Assembly (NCBI GenBank): GCA_964357505.1
Contig: CAYHLN010000003.1
Coordinates: 1 to 36,715, forward strand
Direction of reading: 5' to 3'
Source of the DNA: Candidatus Woesearchaeota archaeon
GTDB taxonomy: Archaea; Nanobdellota; Nanobdellia; Pacearchaeales; GW2011-AR1
Length of the DNA: 36,715 nucleotides
Each line of letters starts with the position of its first letter. The stretch's first letter is position 1. A program made the translations under genes and the position numbers. Below, in pieces: positions 8,672-17,156 of the stretch. The notes under the pieces are model-generated. The model did not search any database and had not been told where the DNA came from. It saw only the letters and a program-made list of their open reading frames with translations.

Positions 8672-10753
8672 TTATCCGCTCTTCAGCTTAAATGTTAAAG
8701 GGTCAGAGGTCCCGTCATTCGCACAAGAAGCCTTACCATTCCCAGTTAGAACTCTAAAAGTTCCATCAATTCTCCAATCACTTCTTCCAGAAACTCCATT
8801 GTCATTGTAATATTTGCGAGTAGCGTTAGCACAAAAATCCTGCGAAGGAATCTTTCCAGTACCTGCATCATTCCCTAATGTAGTGCAAGTCTTTCCAAGA
8901 CTATCATTAATAATCCAGCAGTCTGGTTGCCCTGCACTATTAGAATCTCTGCCGAAATTTACATCTATAGACAAAGGTAGAGGCGCCGAAGACAAATCGC
9001 TTATAGTAAATGTCCCATCGCTCTCATCGCATACATTTGCAACATTATCACATACTCTTATTCTATATTCGGTTCCAGCCAAAGAACCCTCATAAGACAA
9101 AGTTTGTAAAGGATAATTATCTTCGCTATAATAACTGTTAAATATAAGACTTCTTACCAAAACTCTATTCTCTCCCTGAACCAAAAAAACTGATATCCTG
9201 TCAGGTCGTCCTCTTGAACCACTCCACCTAATTCTATCTCCATAATATTTGTAAGTCCCGTAATAGTCTGTAGTTTTATACAAAGTCTCTCCCCCATTAG
9301 GATAAATAACACTAATGCTCACGGGGGTTCCCGTTGTTGTTCCAGTAGTTGTAGTAGTTGCTGTTCCAGTTGTCGTTCCCGTTGGCGGTGTAGTCGTAGG
9401 TGTAGCCACCGGAGGAGTTGTAGCTATGGGAGCAGTTCCAGCACTTGCAAGAAAAATCGAAATTAGATTAGAACTTGCATCATTTGCACAAGAAGCACGT
9501 CCATTGCTACCTTGAACAACAGAAGACTTAACAACTTTCCAATTTCTAGAACCTCCAATGTTATTTTTATTATAATGATTAAATGTAGCATTAATGCAAA
9601 ACTCTTGAGAAGGAATGCCTGGGGCATTATCAAGAAGCCCAATACATTGTATGTCGCTAGAATCGTTAATAATCCAGCAGTCTGGTGCTTTTTTACCATT
9701 TGAATCTCTACCAACGTTCACGCGAACAAAAGTAATGTTAGTATGATTAACGCTTAATGCTAATTGTGCAGTTCGCAATAAAGCCGCTCGTTCAGCTACA
9801 TCTGATATACCAAGTGCAGCAAGCACTGTAGAAACAACCGCTGCAAAAAAAGGAACCTCATTAGCTGTAGTTCCCGCAGTAGTCGCTGGTGCCGTTGTAG
9901 ATGGTGTTGTAGTTGTTCTCGGAACAATTGTAACAAGGAAATATAATGAGTCATAGAAAGTTCCTGCTTGAGTTACATCAACCCTATAGTTTAAGACACA
10001 TTGGGGAGAACCTTCAGGCACAGAAATCACAATCGTTCTTTCCACCGTATCTGGTCCTGGAGCTATCCTAACACTACCGCTCCCTCCCTGAATAATAAAA
10101 CTATTTGCACTAGCCTGAGTTAACTGACATCCAGACTCAATTTCCGCAGCAGAAACAGCATATCTAAAATCTTGAGCTCCATTTACTCCAGCTAAAATAT
10201 TCTTAATAGCAAATCGGATATTAAAATTCTCTCCAGACCAAATAACAGCCGATCTGTCAGGCAGATAAACTACAGTTTTTTTGCTATTATCCGCGTTAAA
10301 CAAACTATTAATTTGAACCTTGGCATTATTATCGATTAACTCAATTGCAGAAGTTGTGGTCTGCTCTGTTCCCGTGTTTGCCGTTGTGGAAGTTGTAGTC
10401 GTCGTCTGAATAGTACAAGCCCCATCTAAACATTTTTCAACACACCTAACGCTATCCACGATGCGCTGCCCCTGTACACAATAGTTCTCTTTGAGCGTTC
10501 GTGTGTTGGTGCAAGTATCTACATACGTTGCAGAGACAGAATAAGCACCACTTCGCAAGCGATAAGTAGTAACCGTTCCTGCAATAGTAGAATAGTATCC
10601 GTTATCGCTATCTTGACACCTAGGAATACTGTTCGAAAAAGCAATATTATCATACACATCTCCTTGTATCACTCGTCCGGTAAAAGAAAACGCAGAAACA
10701 CTAAAAATACTCAAGAAAAAAACAAGCGCAGCAAAAAACGCAAACCCCTTCAT
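8672..10753 (-). CDS. secreted modular surface protein, 693 aa, with Thr-rich linkers and duplicated Cys domains
   Basis: Signal peptide MKGFAFFAALVFFLSIFSVSAFS. An N-terminal CxDSDxG...GAC module spans aa 45-113. There are three Thr/Pro-rich linkers. Two about 90-aa repeats (VN[VF]GRDSN..PDCWIINDS..IPSQ[ED]FC.NAT..SCAND) lie at aa 345-435 and 597-690. Aa 478-586 resemble a Kre9/KNH-like Ig-type domain (IRW..., YRIRVCD, GTFTI). Confidence 0.8.
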   Translation of the reverse strand: MKGFAFFAALVFFLSIFSVSAFSFTGRVIQGDVYDNIAFSNSIPRCQDSDNGYYSTIAGTVTTYRLRSGAYSVSATYVDTCTNTRTLKENYCVQGQRIVDSVRCVEKCLDGACTIQTTTTTSTTANTGTEQTTTSAIELIDNNAKVQINSLFNADNSKKTVVYLPDRSAVIWSGENFNIRFAIKNILAGVNGAQDFRYAVSAAEIESGCQLTQASANSFIIQGGSGSVRIAPGPDTVERTIVISVPEGSPQCVLNYRVDVTQAGTFYDSLYFLVTIVPRTTTTPSTTAPATTAGTTANEVPFFAAVVSTVLAALGISDVAERAALLRTAQLALSVNHTNITFVRVNVGRDSNGKKAPDCWIINDSSDIQCIGLLDNAPGIPSQEFCINATFNHYNKNNIGGSRNWKVVKSSVVQGSNGRASCANDASSNLISIFLASAGTAPIATTPPVATPTTTPPTGTTTGTATTTTTGTTTGTPVSISVIYPNGGETLYKTTDYYGTYKYYGDRIRWSGSRGRPDRISVFLVQGENRVLVRSLIFNSYYSEDNYPLQTLSYEGSLAGTEYRIRVCDNVANVCDESDGTFTISDLSSAPLPLSIDVNFGRDSNSAGQPDCWIINDSLGKTCTTLGNDAGTGKIPSQDFCANATRKYYNDNGVSGRSDWRIDGTFRVLTGNGKASCANDGTSDPLTFKLKSG

Positions 10754-10798
10754 AATAATACAAATAAAATAATATATATATATAGTTATCGAACAGGC

Positions 10799-11143
10799 TT
10801 AACGCGCTACCGAGTACGCCTCATGAGGAATGAGCAAAGGCGAAGGGGCACTCACCTCAATAACGGTATTGTCCAAGCAAATATGCTCTGCCCTTCCAAG
10901 GTGCAGCGCTTGTTGAAGAACAGCACCCACATCATTACTAAGCCCATACCTATTCATTAATAATCGAAAAAAATGATTCGTGCCAGCAAGAGAAATATCA
11001 AAAGATGTGGACCAGACCTTGTCTCCTATGCCACGTTCAGGTGACTGTCGATACACGTGCCAGAGCAAACCCTGCACAAAATCGTACACTTGCACAGAAC
11101 GTCCATTCGTGACAATAACCTGTTTGCTTACTTCCCCATACAT
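10799..11143 (-). CDS. hypothetical protein, 114 aa
   Basis: ATG-initiated ORF with ordinary composition and no recognisable motif. It begins 5 nt downstream of the 3' end of tRNA-Val on the same strand. Confidence 0.45.
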   Translation of the reverse strand: MYGEVSKQVIVTNGRSVQVYDFVQGLLWHVYRQSPERGIGDKVWSTSFDISLAGTNHFFRLLMNRYGLSNDVGAVLQQALHLGRAEHICLDNTVIEVSAPSPLLIPHEAYSVAR

Positions 11144-11148
11144 GGTAA

Positions 11149-11220
11149 TGGCCCTGCGCGGAATCGAACCGCGGCTTCATCCACGTCAAGGATACGGGCT
11201 AACCGTTACCCCACAAGGCC
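11149..11220 (-). tRNA. tRNA-Val (anticodon GAC)
   Basis: The reverse complement folds as follows. Acceptor GGCCTTG/CAGGGCC (one G-U); D-arm GGGT..GCCC; anticodon arm TATCC-TTGACGT-GGATG; T-arm CGCGG-TTCGATT-CCGCG; discriminator A. TTTTTATA (11244-11251, minus strand) lies 24-31 nt upstream. Confidence 0.9.
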
Positions 11221-11291
11221 CCATAAAGACACGCAAGGCATGCTATAAAAACCTTAGTGAATATTTTTAAACAAGCAATCCTTGTAGAGAT

Positions 11292-11552
11292 ATGGCATTT
11301 TTCAAGAGCGCGCCCCAGAATAAATTCTGTCCCGTGTGCGGCACCCAACTCAAAGCAGCTGATGGCTATTGTATCAAGTGTGGTTATTCATTCCAAGCGC
11401 GTCAGAAAAGCATGCGCCGCGGCGTCAAGTGGCGCAATGTTATCATCTTCCTTGTCCTGCTGGCGATCGTTTACTTCGGTCTTCGTTATGCAAACGATCT
11501 CACGATTATCCCTCGTTCCTTAGAAGACGCACTGAACTTTAAGTTTGATTAA
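11292..11552 (+). CDS. zinc-ribbon membrane protein, 86 aa
   Basis: CPVCG...CIKCG zinc-ribbon motif followed by one TM helix (VIIFLVLLAIVYFGL). Confidence 0.6.
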   Translation: MAFFKSAPQNKFCPVCGTQLKAADGYCIKCGYSFQARQKSMRRGVKWRNVIIFLVLLAIVYFGLRYANDLTIIPRSLEDALNFKFD

Positions 11553-11554
11553 GC

Positions 11555-12286
11555 ATGGCCTATCCTAAATTTCCAGAAAAACATGTAGAAGATGCTCTTT
11601 TCCATCCGAAAGATTTAATCAAATATGCAAAAACCAAAGGAAAGTTTCCTCGAAAATATATTGTAACCTACCAAGCAAGAGCTAAAAACTACTTCACAAA
11701 AAAATATAGGTCTAAAAAGGTAAAAATACATTCGTTGCTAACAATATACATACACAAAGACATAGGGTTTGTTAAAATACCAGGGATCGGAGCACCGCAA
11801 GCCGTATCTACGTTTGAACAACTCATTGCGCTAGGTGGGAGAGAGTTTCTAAGTATTGGAACCGCTGGAGGATTACAAAGCGAAGGCATCTTTCTCTGTG
11901 AAAAAGCAATAAGGGATGAAGGAACAAGCTACCACTACGTTCATCACGGAGATTTGGCGCTTCCAGACAAAAAACTTACAGATAAGCTCGAAAAAGTTAT
12001 GGAAAAGAGATCACTAATATTCACAAAGGGCACCACCTGGACAATCGATGCGCCATTTAGAGAAACAAAAGCAGAAATCTCGCACTACAAAAAAGAAGGG
12101 GTTTCGACAGTCGAAATGGAGGCTTCCGCCCTGTTCGCTGTTGCAAAATATAGAAAAGTGAAGATTGCTTCTGCATTTATAGTAAGTGATGTCCTGGGTG
12201 AGAAGTGGACGCCTAACTTTAGAAAATTAGACGTTGTAAAAGCACAAAACAAGCTCATAGATGCAGCAATAGATTGCTTACAGTAA
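11555..12286 (+). CDS. nucleoside phosphorylase, PNP/UDP family 1
   Basis: GIGAPQAVSTFEQLIALGGREFLSIGTAGGL and VEMEASALFAVA are typical of the purine/uridine phosphorylase fold. Confidence 0.7.
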   Translation: MAYPKFPEKHVEDALFHPKDLIKYAKTKGKFPRKYIVTYQARAKNYFTKKYRSKKVKIHSLLTIYIHKDIGFVKIPGIGAPQAVSTFEQLIALGGREFLSIGTAGGLQSEGIFLCEKAIRDEGTSYHYVHHGDLALPDKKLTDKLEKVMEKRSLIFTKGTTWTIDAPFRETKAEISHYKKEGVSTVEMEASALFAVAKYRKVKIASAFIVSDVLGEKWTPNFRKLDVVKAQNKLIDAAIDCLQ

Positions 12287-12363
12287 TGAGCCCTACTATT
12301 CAAATAGGCAAGTTCTAACTTTTCCCCTGAAAAAACCAATCGATTCATTCTAAAAATCAAAAA

Positions 12364-13461
12364 TCATCTTCTTCTTTTATTTGTCTTCTTAGGCCTTACA
12401 AGAAAATAAACCAATAACCCAATTACCAAAACCGCAAGAATGACAACAACTGGCGAGCCATAGTTGCCTGGAGGTGAAAACTGAGGTGTTGCAGTATTAG
12501 GAATCCTTGAAACTTGACAAGTGTTCCAACCATTACACTGTGAGTTGCAGGCCTGCGTTCCGGAACCTTGTTTAGTTGTGCAAGCCCTTGAGTCTCTATC
12601 GCAGATTTCGGACCCCTCTCTAACTCCGTTACCACAAACAGAAACGGGAGCGGGACTACAAGCCCCATTATTACAACCATAAGGGCAATCATAATTGACA
12701 AAGGCATACCCTGGAGGCCAAGTTATACCATTACAAGTAGTCTCAATAAGTCGATTGCTATTAGCGCTGTCAAGACAAATGTCAGAAGCAATAACAGGCT
12801 GGTTGGCCCCATTATTATAACTGATATTCGTAGCATTAGTAGAACCATAGGTATTGTAGTTTAGACCACCATCGCTATCAACACAAGAAAGTGGGGCAAC
12901 TGGGACTGTAATGCTAACAATAGGGAAAAAATTATTTACATAATTACTTTCTGGGTAAAGAGTAGTCACTCCCGGAAAGTCTCGATCATAAATACCGAAT
13001 CCAGTCGTAGCTCCAAAAAGATTCCCAACAGAAAACGAACTATCTTTGGTAGTTGTTACTATAATACTAGACCCAGAGATAAAACCATTCGCACCAAAGT
13101 AAAAATTTTCACGCTCAAACAAATGCGGAAGTATAGGATAACTCGGGGTACCAATTACACTACTTGAAGGGTATCTGCCCCACCCCACTCCTGTCAACGA
13201 ATTTCCCTCTGCGAACCAAACAATTAAATTATATTGATATCCTCCTTCAAGGTTTTCTATAGTCGGCCCATTATTCCTAATTGTAGCAATAAGAGTAATA
13301 TTCCCCGATTCATTTAAAACTTGCAAATTGGTTACAGCAATATCATAGTTTCCGAAAACGGTATTAGGATCTGGACCCAAAGCACTAACAACTCCCATCG
13401 ACAAAACCAAAGAAAGTCCAAAAATCGCCAGAAAGAAAAATCCAAACAATAATCTTTTCAT
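12364..13461 (-). CDS. membrane-anchored surface protein (CARDB-like domain, Cys modules, C-terminal TM anchor)
   Basis: I started it at MKRLLFGFFFLAIFG (ATG 13461), which has a TATA-like ATATATAT 20-28 nt upstream. The track ORF extends to 13509. DIAVTNLQVLNESGNITLIATIRNNG is CARDB-like. A CVDSDGG...CNNGAC module spans aa 209-284 of the track ORF. CGNGVREGSEICD resembles a myxococcus-type Cys repeat. The C-terminus has a TM helix plus KKTNKRRR. Confidence 0.75.
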   Translation of the reverse strand: MKRLLFGFFFLAIFGLSLVLSMGVVSALGPDPNTVFGNYDIAVTNLQVLNESGNITLIATIRNNGPTIENLEGGYQYNLIVWFAEGNSLTGVGWGRYPSSSVIGTPSYPILPHLFERENFYFGANGFISGSSIIVTTTKDSSFSVGNLFGATTGFGIYDRDFPGVTTLYPESNYVNNFFPIVSITVPVAPLSCVDSDGGLNYNTYGSTNATNISYNNGANQPVIASDICLDSANSNRLIETTCNGITWPPGYAFVNYDCPYGCNNGACSPAPVSVCGNGVREGSEICDRDSRACTTKQGSGTQACNSQCNGWNTCQVSRIPNTATPQFSPPGNYGSPVVVILAVLVIGLLVYFLVRPKKTNKRRR

Positions 13462-13570
13462 GCCCCTCTTAAAATTTCCATATATATATCTTTCTCTAAT
13501 TTGCCACAAACAAATTTCCTTCCCGATTAAAACTGTAAACTATTTAAGCAGTTAAACAATATCTAAATGA

Positions 13571-14653
13571 ATGAAAAAATCATACATAATAATTTCAGTA
13601 TCTATAGTAATTCTTATTGCGATTATAATCATCATAAGTCAAAAAAGTCCAACTTTTTCTCCAAACAATTCAAATTCCGTATGCACGGAAATCGAATATA
13701 ACAACCCAAACGCTATAAATCTCCTCTACGTCACAGATAAGCAAATAGCGCAAGAATATTCAGATTATTTTTTCTCAACCTCCCCATTTAAAGAAAATAA
13801 AGAGTCATTTAATGTCTATGCTCTGGAAAATTATCAGCCTACATGTAAAAGATATAAGGGTATTGCCCTATTCTGTTATTCCCGTGATTTAATCAATGAA
13901 GCATCAAAATGCCCTAATGATTATATCATAGTTCCTAAAGAAGAGCAAGCATCAATAAGAAGCTCAAGTTATGATAGAGTTATTAGTTTGAATACAAACC
14001 ATGAATCTTCCGTATTGTTACATGAATTCGGACATTCATTCGCAAGTCTATCCGAAGAATATGCTCCATCAAATCTACCCTCAGACTCGCCAAACTGCAA
14101 AATTTCATGCGAGCAATTTCAAAATAGTTGCTTTGAAGGCTGTTCAAAATCAAATTACAAACGCTCAATTGAAAATGGAGTAATGCGCACTCTCTCCTCA
14201 AGCGATTACGGAGAATTTAATAAAAACTTAATAACAAATCTTATACAAAAAAGATTCTCAACAATAACAAGCAATGTAATTTCAGAAAAAGAATCGTGCA
14301 ACGACCACATTTATCTAATCGAACTAACTCCTTCAGAAGATTCTTTGACTATCTCTTCAATAGCACTAACTGAAGGTTGCATATCAAATCAAAACGGAGA
14401 TTACTCTTACCAAACGGAAACCTCATCAGGTGAAATAATATCCCGAGCTTCCTTCTCTCCAACAGAAATATATACAGACGCTCCAGGGGTAAATCTTGAT
14501 CTTGAAGGCGAAACTTTCACAAGCGATGAACCAATTTATCTAACTGTCCCTGCAACAAATTTAGACAGCACAATAACAATTCAAAACGAGCAAGAGCAAA
14601 TAATAGCCTCAGGGACCCTTGATAGATTAGGAGCAACACCATGTATAATATGA
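13571..14653 (+). CDS. M64 (IgA-peptidase)-like zinc metallopeptidase with N-terminal TM anchor
   Basis: HEFGHSFASLSEEY matches the M64 signature HExxHxxxxLxDEY. N-terminal TM helix IIISVSIVILIAIIIIIS. Confidence 0.6.
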   Translation: MKKSYIIISVSIVILIAIIIIISQKSPTFSPNNSNSVCTEIEYNNPNAINLLYVTDKQIAQEYSDYFFSTSPFKENKESFNVYALENYQPTCKRYKGIALFCYSRDLINEASKCPNDYIIVPKEEQASIRSSSYDRVISLNTNHESSVLLHEFGHSFASLSEEYAPSNLPSDSPNCKISCEQFQNSCFEGCSKSNYKRSIENGVMRTLSSSDYGEFNKNLITNLIQKRFSTITSNVISEKESCNDHIYLIELTPSEDSLTISSIALTEGCISNQNGDYSYQTETSSGEIISRASFSPTEIYTDAPGVNLDLEGETFTSDEPIYLTVPATNLDSTITIQNEQEQIIASGTLDRLGATPCII

Positions 14654-15084
14654 AGCGTGGTCTAGCTCCAATAATAACCGGAGTTTTCATAATTTTAATT
14701 TCAATAATCGCAATAACAATAATCTGGTTATCAATAAAGCCGACACTTTTATCACCACAAAGCTCCTGTTTCGGCTCCGAGCTAAACCCGAAGATAATAA
14801 TCGAATCAGCATGTTATGACTCAGAAGCAAATGAAACAATCCTTGTTCTAAAAAGAAAAATTGATAGCCCCGATATTTCCGAAATAGGGATAATAATCTC
14901 AAACAATCAAGAAAGCACAAAATTCTCCTGTTCAAACTCTTGTGGAACTTGCACCCTCTTATCCGCAGGAGAAAGAAAAACTTACTATCTTCCAAGTGAA
15001 GAAGAAAATACTCCAATTCTAATCAGCATTTTAGTTAACGACTGTATTTTAGACACTAAAAAAATAGTGATTTGTAAAGATTAA
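14641..15084 (+). CDS. archaeal type IV pilin-like protein (Pilin_N type class III signal peptide)
   Basis: MKRG-LAPIITGVFIILISIIAITIIW is the classic archaeal pilin N-terminus. The alternative ATG at 14650 gives MKRG... and forms an ATGA overlap with the stop of the M64-like gene. Confidence 0.7.
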   Translation: MYNMKRGLAPIITGVFIILISIIAITIIWLSIKPTLLSPQSSCFGSELNPKIIIESACYDSEANETILVLKRKIDSPDISEIGIIISNNQESTKFSCSNSCGTCTLLSAGERKTYYLPSEEENTPILISILVNDCILDTKKIVICKD

Positions 15085-15154
15085 AAAAAATTATCTCTTT
15101 ATTTATCTTTTTCATTGCCCATATAAAGAACCATTAGAACCATCTTTTAATACC

Positions 15155-15388
15155 TTAGCAAAAGTGATTTGCACACCAAAGATTACATAGCCTATAAGCC
15201 TCATGAGCTTTCGTGCTACAACCCTCTTCTTCTGTAACTGCGCACAGACGTATCGAGTCTCCAAGATTATTCCAACACAATTTGTGAGGAGAATAAAATA
15301 TTTCAGGTCGAGTAACATACGAATAAATTCCTAGGATAATAATCAGTGCAATAAGAATCCAAATCAGTCTCTTTTCCCAAACCTTCAT
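15155..15388 (-). CDS. small membrane protein with Cys-rich tail, 77 aa
   Basis: ATG at 15388 (MKVWEKRLIWILIALIIILGIYSY). The track start at 15406 is a TTG. One TM helix and 6 Cys. No family recognised. Confidence 0.4.
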   Translation of the reverse strand: MKVWEKRLIWILIALIIILGIYSYVTRPEIFYSPHKLCWNNLGDSIRLCAVTEEEGCSTKAHEAYRLCNLWCANHFC

Positions 15389-15531
15389 ACTAATTACCAA
15401 AATCAAAACTATATAATATTTCTCTTTAAAAAAAGAAAACCAACAGCTTTAAAAACCACCCCTGCCGTCTGTTCCTGTTAAGACCCAGATAGCTTAGGCG
15501 CTAACTGGCGAGCACATATTGCCTTACTCAT

Positions 15532-15861
15532 ATGAAGTTACCCCCAAAAACAAATAGATATTGTCCGACATGTAAGAAAAACACCTCACAGGCAGTGAGC
15601 GTAGCTAAGCAAAGAGGTCGTTCCGCGACACATCCACTTTCTCGCAGTTCTGACGTTCGCCTAAAATTAAGAGGTCAGCGCGTCGGCTATGGTAATAAAG
15701 GTAAATATTCCAAACCTGCAATTAAGAACTGGAAACGCAAGACTAAAGCAACTAAAAAGCTCGCTGTAATGTACACCTGCTCTGTATGTAAAAAATCAAA
15801 AGGTATTAAAAAGGGTATTCGAACTTCAAGAATTGAAATAGGAGAAAAAGTAGCGAAATAA
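15532..15861 (+). CDS. rpl44e: 50S ribosomal protein L44e (eL42)
   Basis: CPTCKK...CSVCKK zinc-ribbon pairs, GNKGKYSKP, and a basic composition typical of L44e. Confidence 0.85.
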   Translation: MKLPPKTNRYCPTCKKNTSQAVSVAKQRGRSATHPLSRSSDVRLKLRGQRVGYGNKGKYSKPAIKNWKRKTKATKKLAVMYTCSVCKKSKGIKKGIRTSRIEIGEKVAK

Positions 15862-15862
15862 C

Positions 15863-16474
15863 ATGGCAACTCAAAAGACGCAAAAAAAGAAGTTCTTCGA
15901 GGTACGCGTTCCGCTAACAGCAAGTAAAGTCTTCCTGTATGGCTCAACGATAGAACAATTCAATAACAATGTTATCAAAATCGATCTTACCAAGAATTTG
16001 AAAGGTAAGAGTCTTGAGCTACGCGCTAAGATTAGCCTCGAAAATAACGAACTAGTTGGAGAGCCGATTAGCCTTGAACTTATTCCTTCCTACATCCGTA
16101 GAATGATGCGAAAGGGCAGCGATTACGTCGAGGATTCATTTATCTTAACATGCAAAGACGCAACACTCCGAGTAAAACCATTCATGCTGACACGCAAGAA
16201 AGTCTCTCGAGCGGTACGTAATGAACTTCGGAATACGGCGCGTAAAACGCTCGAAAGTTTTATGACTATTCGCAATGCAAACGAGATCATGTCAGAAATC
16301 ATGACAAACAAAATACAGAAAGAACTCTTCATTAAGCTCAAGAAAATCTATCCTCTTTCCCTATGTGAAATCCGTATTGTCGAAATAATCTCTCGCCAGA
16401 CTGCTGCTGAGATGGAAGTACAATCTGAAGAAAGAAAGGCCCGTAAAAAGAAAGTCGCTGAAGCAAGCGAATAA
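15863..16474 (+). CDS. rps3ae: 30S ribosomal protein S3Ae (eS1)
   Basis: KKKFFEVRVPLT..., IPSYIRRMMRKGSDYVEDSF and LCEIRIVEI are typical of S3Ae. It starts 1 nt after the rpl44e stop. Confidence 0.85.
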   Translation: MATQKTQKKKFFEVRVPLTASKVFLYGSTIEQFNNNVIKIDLTKNLKGKSLELRAKISLENNELVGEPISLELIPSYIRRMMRKGSDYVEDSFILTCKDATLRVKPFMLTRKKVSRAVRNELRNTARKTLESFMTIRNANEIMSEIMTNKIQKELFIKLKKIYPLSLCEIRIVEIISRQTAAEMEVQSEERKARKKKVAEASE

Positions 16475-16512
16475 GTTTCCCTCTTGATTTGTTTACACAA
16501 CAAAGAATATAT

Positions 16513-16535
16513 AAACTATAGAATTTCTATAGTTT
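16513..16535. promoter_or_regulatory. perfect 23-bp palindrome, likely TA operator
   Basis: AAACTATAGAA-t-TTCTATAGTTT ends 1 nt before the antitoxin ATG and overlaps an ATATATAAA TATA-like element. Confidence 0.55.
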
Positions 16536-16536
16536 A

Positions 16537-16785
16537 ATGATTACAACAATCCAGCTAAATGAAAATGTGAAAAACGCCTTAGATAGGATGAAAAATAATA
16601 AAGAAACCTATGAAGATATAATTGTTAACTTAATGACTTATTTTGAGAAACAAAAAAGAAAACAAGAGGAACTATTGATCGAAGGCTGTAAAGAAATGTA
16701 TGATGATATGTTAAGTATAGAAAAGGAATGGGAAGGAACTTTAATGGACGGCTTAGACAAAAATGAAAAATGGAACGCATTATAA
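16537..16785 (+). CDS. putative antitoxin partner of MazF (RHH-like N-terminus)
   Basis: 82 aa. TIQLNENVKNALDRMK..ETYEDIIVNLM looks like a strand plus two helices. It overlaps the mazF-like gene by 16 nt. Confidence 0.55.
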   Translation: MITTIQLNENVKNALDRMKNNKETYEDIIVNLMTYFEKQKRKQEELLIEGCKEMYDDMLSIEKEWEGTLMDGLDKNEKWNAL

Positions 16786-17117
16786 AAGGAGATATTGTAA
16801 TAGCAAACTTAGAACCAGTTAAAGGTTCAGAACAAGGAGGAATCAGACCCGTTTTGATTATTCAAAATGACACTCTTAACAAACATGCTCCGACGACTAT
16901 AATCGCACCATTAACTTCCAAAATTTACACAAAAGAATATCCCACAAATGTTTTAATTAAAAAGGAATATTCTAAATTAAAGATAGATTCGACAATCATG
17001 TTAAATCAGATAAGAACTATTGATAAGAAAAGGATTATTAAAAAAATTAGTATGCTTGATAACTTTACCATGAACAAAGTTGATAACGCGATAAAAATAA
17101 GCCTTTCTTTAGAGTAA
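16770..17117 (+). CDS. mazF: MazF/PemK-family endoribonuclease toxin
   Basis: KGDIVIANLEPVKGSEQGGIRPVLIIQND...TTIIAPLTS...LNQIRTIDKKRI match the MazF/PemK conserved blocks. Confidence 0.85.
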   Translation: MERIIKGDIVIANLEPVKGSEQGGIRPVLIIQNDTLNKHAPTTIIAPLTSKIYTKEYPTNVLIKKEYSKLKIDSTIMLNQIRTIDKKRIIKKISMLDNFTMNKVDNAIKISLSLE

Positions 17118-17156
17118 CCAAATAGCTTTTAAACCATCTATCTCTCCAAGTTCAAT

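Noticed and set aside
9315-9515. Repetitive GTTGT/GGTGT-rich DNA and a Val/Pro-rich plus-strand ORF. I considered it as a tandem repeat or CRISPR-like array.
   Set aside because: It is the antisense of the Thr/Pro/Gly linker coding region of the 693-aa protein. The repeats are irregular codon-level repeats, not repeat-spacer units.
10980-11270. Plus-strand ORFs (96 aa and 63 aa) crossing tRNA-Val.
   Set aside because: They are antisense to a well-folded tRNA and to the 114-aa ORF. No promoter or motif supports them.
15458-15531. Possible structured leader or small RNA upstream of rpl44e (GCTTTAAAAACC, then about 50 nt including GCTTAGGCGCTAACTGGCGAGC).
   Set aside because: I could not fold a convincing helix by hand. 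It is more simply a short 5' UTR of the r-protein operon.
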